DNA of 32,000 nucleotides, taken from NCBI GenBank assembly GCA_965224465.1, contig OZ245049.1:2700001-2732000 (forward strand), in the 5' to 3' direction. The position numbers were made by a program, and so were the translations under genes. The DNA comes from Flavobacteriaceae bacterium. GTDB lineage: Bacteria; Bacteroidota; Bacteroidia; Flavobacteriales; Flavobacteriaceae. Shown piece after piece: positions 9,718 through 17,358 of this stretch. The notes beneath the pieces are model-generated. The model saw only the letters and a program-made list of their open reading frames with translations. It made no database searches and was not told the DNA's origin. Every line of letters starts with the position of its first letter. The stretch's first letter is position 1.

Positions 9718-10698
9718 TTATTTTAGCGTTTCAACCGTCAAATTAACTCTATATTTCTCAGGTAAGTACGTATCTAAAACAACATTGATTTCTGACCTGT
9801 CTATTTTTTTGAAATCAAAGAATTTTTTTGTCTTTACCGTAAACGAGGGAGCATCAACACTTACAAAATACTGTCCTACTGGTATTAAGGAGAAATAATC
9901 GGTAGCTTTTCCTGGCACTTCCTTACGCAACTGAAGGGATACATAATAATGATCTAAATTATGCTGATCTACCCAGATATCTTGTAGAAACAATTGCATG
10001 TTCTTTTTATTTAGTTGTTTTACTAATGCTTTTTCAATCCTATCAACGGTAACAGAACCACTATTGTGAATTAAAATTCCATTTTGTTTATAGCGATATT
10101 CATCTTGGGAATCATCAAAAGTATCAGGTTTCACAATAAGTTGATAAAACCCGATAGAGTCTTGAGCTGTTTTAAAATCAACGCGCACCTCTCTACTCCA
10201 TGCCAAAGGGTACTCTTCTACTGTTTTTTTAATGATTTCTCCATACTCATACAAGAGGTCCAACGAAGGTTTTTCTTTAAGCTGTAAAGCAAGTTTCTGG
10301 TTAAAATCATCAATAGTCAACTGTTCTACTCGACCTTCCAAACTAGATTTCAAATGCTCCCTAAGACTCACCCGACTTTGAGCCTCAGCGGTCAAGGTTT
10401 CTATTGAATAATCGCCTTCTTCAAAATATGGTTTCAGTATTTTTTTAAGCTTGGAATCCCACTCAAATGAAATATAAACATCCGCTACGTCACGTAATTT
10501 TAATTCAACCCTAAACAAATGAGGGTTCATATTGGCTTCATTAAAATTCCTTCGAAAGAAAACCACATCATACCTATTTGCATGTAAGTTTTCTAAATAT
10601 TGAACAAAGCCATTTTTTGCCTTTCTAGAAGAAAAGCTACATGCAGAAAAAAAGCATAAGCAAAGTAAAGCTACACCAATCAACATTATTTTATACAT
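9718..10698 (-). CDS. hypothetical lipoprotein
   Basis: 326-aa ORF. The N-terminus MYKIMLIGVALLCLCFFSAC has a hydrophobic core followed by Cys, which is lipobox-like. No recognisable catalytic motif. Confidence 0.65.
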   Translation of the reverse strand: MYKIMLIGVALLCLCFFSACSFSSRKAKNGFVQYLENLHANRYDVVFFRRNFNEANMNPHLFRVELKLRDVADVYISFEWDSKLKKILKPYFEEGDYSIETLTAEAQSRVSLREHLKSSLEGRVEQLTIDDFNQKLALQLKEKPSLDLLYEYGEIIKKTVEEYPLAWSREVRVDFKTAQDSIGFYQLIVKPDTFDDSQDEYRYKQNGILIHNSGSVTVDRIEKALVKQLNKKNMQLFLQDIWVDQHNLDHYYVSLQLRKEVPGKATDYFSLIPVGQYFVSVDAPSFTVKTKKFFDFKKIDRSEINVVLDTYLPEKYRVNLTVETLK

Positions 10699-10929
10699 TC
10701 TATTTATATTAAAAGTTACTCAAATCCCACACAACCTATCGCGTAAAATTAAGAGAGAAATTATACAGAGGCGCATCTATTTACAAAAACGATTCCAAAG
10801 CGCCCTGTGCGTCGTTTATTTTTAAACAATACTTAAAAAATTCAGTTGCTCTAACAATTCGGGATACAATTCCATTATTTGACAAAGCGATTATTGGTTC
10901 TACAGGGATTGCTGCCAAACGCACTACTT

Positions 10930-11033
10930 TTATTACTTATCCAAAATAACCGATATAAACAGTTTGTTTTACGTTCTAGCTATGCGAAAAACAATTCTAT
11001 TTCTAAACCGTCTCTTGGAAATGTATTTGGTAT
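10930..11033 (+). mobile_element. MITE/REPIN-like element, internally deleted form (copy C), head-to-tail with copy D
   Basis: Both termini are present (ttattacttatccaaaataaccgatataaac ... ctaaaccgtctcttggaaatgtatttggtat). The central ~57 nt, including the hairpin, are replaced by tatgcg. Confidence 0.8.
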
Positions 11034-11034
11034 T

Positions 11035-11195
11035 ATACCAATTACAATCCAAAATGACAGATATAAATAGTTTATTTTACGTTCTAGCGTTGTTGAAAAA
11101 TAGAACGATAGCTACGGCTATCCTTAGATTTTCCGCCTAACTAGAACAAAAAACAATTCTATTTCTAAACCGTCTCTTGGAAATGTATTTGGTAT
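11035..11195 (+). mobile_element. MITE/REPIN-like element, full 161-bp form (copy D)
   Basis: The 5' end is ATACCAATTACAATCCAAAATGACAG. The reverse complement of the 3' end is ATACCAAATACATTTCCAAGAGACGG, so the termini are imperfect inverted repeats. Internal hairpin: gatagc-tacg-gctatc. Roughly nine in ten positions match copy E by eye. Confidence 0.85.
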
Positions 11196-11605
11196 TATAA
11201 ATTGTTTTCTAATAATGCTATCAAGATTTTTGTTCTAGAAGCTACATCATCAGCATTTGCAACAGGGCTGTGATCTACGGTTAAAACTCCAGTAGAAAAA
11301 GTATAAGCATGCACAGGATTATGGTGATCGTTTTTATTTGTGATCACTATTTTTGACAAACCTAAAGCCAGGGCTTCTTTCCCCATATCATCCGCAGTAA
11401 TTGCAGTAAAAGCATCGATTAAAGGTTGAAAATAAATTTTCGGATAGGTATCCTGATATAAATGTAAGAAACGCTCTTCGAACAAACTAGACCAGGCAAT
11501 CTCTAAGGGAACATCAAAACATGCTGCAGCAACTATTTGTTGTTTCAAATCCGGAAATTGTTCTTCTTGAAATGTTTTTGTAAATCGTTTTTCTTTAAGT
11601 CCCAT
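11195..11605 (-). CDS. hypothetical protein, stand-alone or truncated paralog of the N-domain of ORF 8417-9571
   Basis: 136-aa ORF, roughly 45 percent identical by eye to residues 1-136 of the 384-aa protein. Its stop codon (11195-11197) lies on the last base of MITE copy D plus the next two nt. Confidence 0.6.
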   Translation of the reverse strand: MGLKEKRFTKTFQEEQFPDLKQQIVAAACFDVPLEIAWSSLFEERFLHLYQDTYPKIYFQPLIDAFTAITADDMGKEALALGLSKIVITNKNDHHNPVHAYTFSTGVLTVDHSPVANADDVASRTKILIALLENNL

Positions 11606-11709
11606 ACGTCAGTTTTAAAAAGTTAATGTTTAACGATGTCAAAACTACCACCACTTGATTCATAAAGTTCATTTGGTTTTATAAGTGCTGTTTCTTATTT
11701 CATATTTGT

Positions 11710-12447
11710 TTATTCACTACGACTCAAAAATCGTTTCAAGTAGGATTTTTTTCTGGTTGCGAGAGGAACCTCTTCTCCACCAACTAATTTCACTGTATTT
11801 GCGCTTACCGTTGCAATATATTTTATGTTCACCAAATGAGATTGATGGACCCGAGCAAACACATGAGAACTCAAAATATTTTCATAATATTTCAGATTTC
11901 TTGCACTCATTATTTTTCGTTTCTTAGTATAAAACGTAGTATAACTCCCATCAGACTGACAGCGAATAATATCATCTATCTGAAGAAAAAACTGCCCTTC
12001 GGTAGTTTTAATCAGCAAGGTATTTCGAATTTCTTTTTTATCTAATTCAGAAACTTTCCCTATCGCCTCTATATAACGCTGTTCTTTTTTAAACGATTCC
12101 CGAAAGCGCTCCATACAACTTGCAAGTTCGTCAGAATCTATGGGTTTTAAAAGATAATCTACGGCATCAAATTTAATTGCTTTGATAGCAAATTCATCAT
12201 AAGCAGTGGTGAAAATAATTTTAAAATCGATGGTATCTAGCGTTTCTAATATTTGAAAAGCATTTCCACCAATCAACTCGATATCCATAAATACCAAATC
12301 TGGACTTGTAGTCTTCAAAAAGGAGATAGCCTCTGGCACAGTATTTATTTTCGCTATGATTTCAACATCTTTTTGCGTAAATTTAATGAGTTTATCCAAT
12401 GCATTTAAGGCATTAAATTCGTCTTCAATAATAATTGCTTTGATCAT
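11710..12447 (-). CDS. LytTR-family response regulator (receiver + LytTR DNA-binding domain)
   Basis: Receiver motifs are present (IIEDE, DLVFMDIEL, TTAYDEFAIKA, DYLLKP). The C-terminal LytTR-like block reads I.RCQSDGSYTTFYT...RNLKYYENIL....F.RVHQSHLVN. The start overlaps the HK stop by 4 nt (ATGA). Confidence 0.9.
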   Translation of the reverse strand: MIKAIIIEDEFNALNALDKLIKFTQKDVEIIAKINTVPEAISFLKTTSPDLVFMDIELIGGNAFQILETLDTIDFKIIFTTAYDEFAIKAIKFDAVDYLLKPIDSDELASCMERFRESFKKEQRYIEAIGKVSELDKKEIRNTLLIKTTEGQFFLQIDDIIRCQSDGSYTTFYTKKRKIMSARNLKYYENILSSHVFARVHQSHLVNIKYIATVSANTVKLVGGEEVPLATRKKSYLKRFLSRSE

Positions 12448-14297
12448 GATCTCTTTAATTTGAATGCTACTTTTGTTCCTGCTGACTTCTTATTTTCGTC
12501 AAATAAGTCTTGTATTTGAAAGGTTTTTTCTTCGCCTTTTCCTCTAATTTGAAGACGTTCTAAAAAAATATCTGTAGCATGTAAATCCTCAGAAACTTTA
12601 GATTCTTTAGCTTTTGCGGATCTCCCTACCCCATTGTCTACAACTTCAAAAATTAGATCCGTTTGGTCTTTCCTAATTTTTAAGCTTAGAAAACCGCCCC
12701 CATTTTTTTCTTTAAGCCCATATTCAATGGCATTTTCTAAGAAAGGCTGTAACAACATAGGTGGTACTTTTTCGGATATTAAATCAATACTTTCATCTAC
12801 CGAAACCTCATACTCAAAAATATTATTAAATCGCAATTGCTGTGTTTGAATATAATTAGAGATCATTGCCAATTCTTCTTTCAAGGATATTTCTTCTTTT
12901 CTTACATAGTCAAAATTTTGACGAATCAACTTCGAGAATTTTGCAATATAGTTAGAGGATCTCACGGGATCCCCTTCCAATGTAATATTCTGAATTGCTG
13001 CAAGGGTATTAAAAATAAAATGAGGATTCATTTGAGCCCTTAACAAGCGTTGCTCTAGTAATGTTGTTTTATTGGCTGCTCGTAATTTCGAATTATAATT
13101 AAAAAAACCGAAGATCACAATCAATAAGACCAAGGATACAATAATACTTCCTAAAAGCAATCTGTTTTTATTATTTATATTTTCTTGGAGTCCAAAAGCT
13201 TCCTCTTGTTGTTTAAGCTCATATTTTACATTAGCAAAATGCAAAAGCTGTTCTTTTTCTTTATTTTTAACATGTAAATTAATGCGATCACGTATGATTT
13301 GATGATTCAAAGCCTCCTGATAATCCTCGGTTAAAATAGCAATAGAAATAAGTTTATCTAGGACATCAATTTCTTCTGAATACACTTTTTTTTCATGATA
13401 GATATCGAGGGCTATTTTGTAATTTTTTTTTGCCAAACCAAGTTCGTTTTTCACCAAAAACATTGCCCCCAACCCTTTATAAGGAGCCGCATTTACCGCC
13501 TTAATATTCTTATTTAGGGTAACAGCTCCTCTTAAGAATTTCTCGGCACTCTTAAAGTCTTTAACCTCTATATAGGTATATCCAATATTATTTAAAACCC
13601 TTACAATTGTTTTGGGATCTTTTATTGATTGCCCCAAGGCAAGTGCTTTTGAGTAATTTTTTAGCGCTTTATTATACTGTTTTAAGCGTAGATAAATTGT
13701 TGCTATGTTTCCTTTGGTAGCAATAAGGGATGTTGTATCAGTAGAACTGGCAAACAACCGATCGGTTTGCTCGATATACATCAATGCTTTCGCATAATCT
13801 TTTAATCTAAAATGCAATAGAAAAAGTTGATTATTTGCCTTTGCTTGTAATCTTAAATTCCCTAGCAACTCACCTATACGCAATGCTTCAACAGCATATT
13901 CCTGAGCGGACTCAAACTCCCTTAACTTAAGACAAGCCGCACTCAAGGTTATTAAACTACGCCCACTGTTATAATCATCTTTTAATGTTAAAAACAACTC
14001 ATACGCTTTTAATTGTAGACTTAATGCTTGCTGATATTGATCATTCAAATAATAGACCTCTCCTTTTTCAAATAATAGAAGGGCTTTTTCAGATTTTGTT
14101 AAACCCGACATATAAAGCAGTAAACTGTCCATTTTTTGCAGGGCTTTTTTAGGCGATTTCTGAGAATAACCATCAAAAAGCAATAATTGATCTTTTAATT
14201 CCTGCCTCACAGCATCTTGTTTTGAGCAACAAACGGCTAAAAGACTAAAAATCAACACAAAAACAACTTGAAAAAAACGTTTAACTGAAATACACAT
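12444..14297 (-). CDS. sensor histidine kinase (LytS/His_kinase type) with an N-terminal TPR sensor region
   Basis: Order of parts: signal/lipobox-like N-terminus (LLAVCCSKQ), repeated TPR-like units (A...Y..AL..), one TM segment (LLLGSIIVSLVLLIVIFGFF). The kinase block then reads AQMNPHFIFNTLAAIQ, with an ATPase block LLQPFLENAIEYG...DNGVG. Confidence 0.85.
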   Translation of the reverse strand: MCISVKRFFQVVFVLIFSLLAVCCSKQDAVRQELKDQLLLFDGYSQKSPKKALQKMDSLLLYMSGLTKSEKALLLFEKGEVYYLNDQYQQALSLQLKAYELFLTLKDDYNSGRSLITLSAACLKLREFESAQEYAVEALRIGELLGNLRLQAKANNQLFLLHFRLKDYAKALMYIEQTDRLFASSTDTTSLIATKGNIATIYLRLKQYNKALKNYSKALALGQSIKDPKTIVRVLNNIGYTYIEVKDFKSAEKFLRGAVTLNKNIKAVNAAPYKGLGAMFLVKNELGLAKKNYKIALDIYHEKKVYSEEIDVLDKLISIAILTEDYQEALNHQIIRDRINLHVKNKEKEQLLHFANVKYELKQQEEAFGLQENINNKNRLLLGSIIVSLVLLIVIFGFFNYNSKLRAANKTTLLEQRLLRAQMNPHFIFNTLAAIQNITLEGDPVRSSNYIAKFSKLIRQNFDYVRKEEISLKEELAMISNYIQTQQLRFNNIFEYEVSVDESIDLISEKVPPMLLQPFLENAIEYGLKEKNGGGFLSLKIRKDQTDLIFEVVDNGVGRSAKAKESKVSEDLHATDIFLERLQIRGKGEEKTFQIQDLFDENKKSAGTKVAFKLKRS

Positions 14298-14322
14298 TAA
14301 GTAGGGATTATATCAATGATTT

Positions 14323-14483
14323 ATAGCAATTACAATCCAAAATGATGGATATAAATAGCTTATTTTACGTTCTAGCGTTATTGAAAAACAGCACGATAGC
14401 TAAGGCTATCCTTAGACTTTCCGTCTAACTATAACAAAAAATAATTCCAATTCTAAACCGTCACTTGGTAATGTATTTGGTAT
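14323..14483 (+). mobile_element. MITE/REPIN-like element, full 161-bp form (copy E)
   Basis: atagcaattacaatccaaaatgatggatataaatagcttattttacg ... hairpin gatagc-taag-gctatc ... ctaaaccgtcacttggtaatgtatttggtat. It starts 25 nt upstream of the HK start codon. Confidence 0.85.
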
Positions 14484-15105
14484 TAGTTGGTAAATAAACA
14501 ATAATAAAATCAGCTTATAAAACAAATTGATGGATATCACAAAATCATTTCCCTAACACTGTTTCTAAAAGGGCTTTTTATGCTGGTTGAATTCAAATAT
14601 AAAAGAAACAATAGCACTTATAAAATAAATACCCAAAAAAACAAAAAACACAGTAGTTTTATCAAAAACTTACTATTTATTATCTGATACAGGCGCTTAA
14701 GAAACTCGTACTTATGGAAATGTCACTAAAAAAGCAACTAGCGTACAACTACAATACTGTAGCTCAATTAATCACTACAAAAACCAATACAATTATTGAT
14801 TTTAAAGAAGTTCACAAAAATGTCAACCAAAAATAAAAATAGGAAACACACAGTTTCTTATCTCCAATTCTAGGGACGGTGCAACTGGAGCAAACACGTC
14901 TATAATAATGAATTTAGAATATACTTTTAAACACCAGAACAAACCATATACAGCTATAACTCAAACAACATTTTATGATTTTTCTGACGTTCAAAACTTC
15001 TCAAATATTCCTCATTTCTATTTTATTGATATGTACCCTAAACTTATAAAAAATGCCTTAATCTTATCTAAACAGCATATAGAATATCGTTTAAAGGAAC
15101 CTTTA

Positions 15106-15147
15106 ATACCAATTAAATTCCAAAATAACAGATATAAATTATGTTTA
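15106..15147 (+). repeat. MITE/REPIN-like element, diverged 5' fragment (copy F)
   Basis: ataccaattaaattccaaaataacagatataaattatgtttaat matches the 5' terminus and the GATATAAAT core. Confidence 0.6.
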
Positions 15148-15314
15148 ATCCTTCACTGTAAAATTAATTCGCCAAGGATTATTCCATAAATAGCATCGTG
15201 ATTCAAAAACACACCTGGTATCTTAAAGACATAAGTGTCCCTCTATTTATTCAAAAACTAAACTCATTCAAAACAATCACAAGAAATACCTTAGATATAA
15301 AATACCTACTTCAT

Positions 15315-15417
15315 ATCTCAAACACATTCCCTAGTGACGGTTATAGAAATATTTTTTAACAATGCTAGAACATAAAACAACCTATTTATACCAGTCGTTT
15401 TGAATTGTAATTGGATT
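15315..15417 (-). mobile_element. MITE/REPIN-like element, internally deleted form (copy G)
   Basis: The reverse complement reads atccaattacaattcaaaacgactggtataaataggttgttttatgttctagcattgttaaaaaatatttctataaccgtcactagggaatgtgtttgagat. Both termini are present and the hairpin core is missing. Confidence 0.75.
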
Positions 15418-15599
15418 AGTACCGTCCTAAAATTAGAACAAGCAACAAAGCAACTAAAAATAGCTGTTTTATTTCTCAAACAATAGAATATAGATAATAG
15501 TATGAAATACGATTGCAAACCATGTATATTTAGTTTTTAGGACTCTAAAAAAGACAAGGAGACATCTATTGCTTGAGAAAAGTAGTGGCTATTTTGGGA

Positions 15600-15950
15600 C
15601 TAATCTTCGTTACATTTAATCCTATGCTTATCCAATTCTACACCCATATTCAAAATAAACTGGGTGCCAACTATTAAATCTTCTATAAGTAGCAATACAC
15701 TTTCATCAACTTTTAAACAAAAATCGATCAAGGTAGAAGTTGTCCAAATAGTATTCCTGCGTTTCCCTCCACAACTTTCACAGTTACAAGGCTCATGCGA
15801 ATTACGAACTACGCGGAGCAGAGAATTCACATCTCTTTCGGTCATAAAAATCCCGACAGTTCCAATAACCATTTGGAGTTTATGTTTAGATGTAGGACCA
15901 TCCGCTACACCGTAAAATGTACCATAATCATTTTTGTAAATCAATTCCAT
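15600..15950 (-). CDS. hypothetical small protein with a CxCxxC motif
   Basis: 116-aa ORF (…SHEPCNCESCGGKRRN…). It is the only long ORF in a ~2 kb ORF-poor stretch. I recognise no family, and coding status is unverified. Confidence 0.4.
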   Translation of the reverse strand: MELIYKNDYGTFYGVADGPTSKHKLQMVIGTVGIFMTERDVNSLLRVVRNSHEPCNCESCGGKRRNTIWTTSTLIDFCLKVDESVLLLIEDLIVGTQFILNMGVELDKHRIKCNED

Positions 15951-16194
15951 ATACTTAACTTTTATTCTCTGTATAATTCAAAAAAGGAACAGCATAACCG
16001 CTCACTCTAAGGCAACTTAACATCACTTTTCAAAATTAAAACCAACTACTAAATAGGACTTCATGCTCTTTTAAATCAGCCGTTCCTCTTCTCAAAGGGC
16101 ACTCTCTAAAACAACTATGTATTTAGAATTGTTCTTAATAAGGTGTTGCAAATATAAACTTTATTTTGAATGAATCTAAATAACAAGAGTAAAT

Positions 16195-16464
16195 TTAAAA
16201 AATAAGTTCGTTACACTGCAGCCCATCACCCACTTTACATTTCCACTCCAACCACATGATTGTTCGCTTTCTATCCATAAACGGATTGGTAAAATAGTAG
16301 TCCAGAGGATTGGTATGCTCAGTTAAAATATAGGTATATAGCATACGGTTACTCTTTGCCAGCCAAACAGCTATATTTTTAACAAAAACAGCATTAAAGT
16401 GGCACAAATTGAACCGTGGAAGAAAGTATTCTTTATGTGTGTGAGACAGTACATTTTCCATCAT
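16195..16464 (-). CDS. hypothetical small protein
   Basis: 89-aa ORF (…TIMWLEWKCKVGDGLQCNELIF). It is on the same strand as ORF 15600-15950. No family recognised, and a hairpin with a T-run sits immediately upstream. Confidence 0.3.
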   Translation of the reverse strand: MMENVLSHTHKEYFLPRFNLCHFNAVFVKNIAVWLAKSNRMLYTYILTEHTNPLDYYFTNPFMDRKRTIMWLEWKCKVGDGLQCNELIF

Positions 16465-16821
16465 TAAATTAAAAGTAGTCCCTGACTCAGGCTACTTTCT
16501 AGTAAGAACTCAACTATAGCGTTTACTTACACCGTTTGTGTGTGTTGTTATTACTGACAATCAGTTACGGTAAATCTTAATACACTTCTTAACTTTTGCA
16601 CCAAAACAATACGTAGATATTACAAATTTTAGCAAAAGGTCTATTCTAAACATCTCCAAATTGGGGATACTACACGAACGTTTAGCTCGCAAATAAATCT
16701 ATTTTTCTGTTAGCCCTGATGCCATACGAGTAACCGTAGCGTTACCACGATATTATCTCGTGCAGTCAACGAGTTAAGCCATGATTTATTCGAGTTCCTA
16801 AAAAAAACAGCACCTTTAAAA

Positions 16822-16911
16822 ATGAGTCGTAATTATAAAATTCACAATCCTAAAGGTATCTATTTTGTACATTTTATCACAGAATACTATGGAAGTTGGG
16901 TATTGTTGTAA
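16822..16911 (+). pseudogene. 5' remnant of an IS200-like / REP-associated tyrosine transposase (RAYT) gene
   Basis: Own translation: MSRNYKIHNPKGIYFVHFITEYYGSWVLL*. The first ~18 residues fit the N-terminus I recall for Bacteroidota IS200-like transposases (MSRKYKFHN..G.YFVSFAT). Similarity then stops and a stop codon follows at codon 30. Confidence 0.45.
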
Positions 16912-17358
16912 TGCGTATTAAGAGTTCTTATTAAGTATTGTTAAGTTGCTACGATCACACGATACAATCGAGAGAGAGAGCGGGGTTTTATTCTATATTT
17001 TTTTTCTTAGTAAGTTCATTAATGCTACTTATTCCTGTAAGTGGTAAAACAAGAAGTATTGAAATAAGATCCTGATTTTTTACACCAACTAAACTCATTT
17101 TTAATTTTACGGAACTCTAAAATGTTTAGATGTACCTGTAAGTATTCAGTACTAAGCAAATCTTATTAAATTCCCCTTTTATCTCTTGTGTTTTTGTAAT
17201 ATCTTCGCCTCTTAGCATGTTTTGTGCTTTCTTGTTCGTACTTAAAAGCACAAAAAAACCAAGGGTTTACCTTGGTTTTCATGCTATTTATTTTCACTTA
17301 ACACCTGTAAATCATGGGTACGAAACTTGAGTTCTATTTTAATAACTAAGTAATTGAA

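Noticed and set aside
10879-11070. 63-aa ORF in the track (also 14908-15189, 15318-15518 and 31411-31683)
   Set aside because: These ORFs run through copies of the repeated element. The recurring peptide IQNNRYK / IQNDRYK / FQNNRYK is simply the translated element core. 31411-31683 also overlaps tRNA-Ala. They are repeat-derived reading frames, not genes. The first ~65 codons of 14908-15189 lie outside the element and could be a gene fragment, but I have no support for that.
10930-11195. Possible CRISPR-like array, because two repeat units lie head to tail
   Set aside because: There are only two units and they abut directly with no spacer. The units are 100-160 bp, not 25-40 bp. The same sequence is dispersed singly across the window, and no cas genes are present.
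14714-14836. 40-codon frame MEMSLKKQLAYNYNTVAQLITTKTNTIIDF... with a YxYNxxAQL pattern reminiscent of one Rhs/YD repeat. This hints at a decayed polymorphic-toxin locus.
   Set aside because: There is a single weak motif occurrence and no neighbouring YD repeats in any frame that I could see. One match of this loose pattern is expected by chance.
16970-16980. (GA)n dinucleotide run gagagagagag
   Set aside because: It has only about five units, is isolated, and has no obvious context such as a phase-variable gene start.
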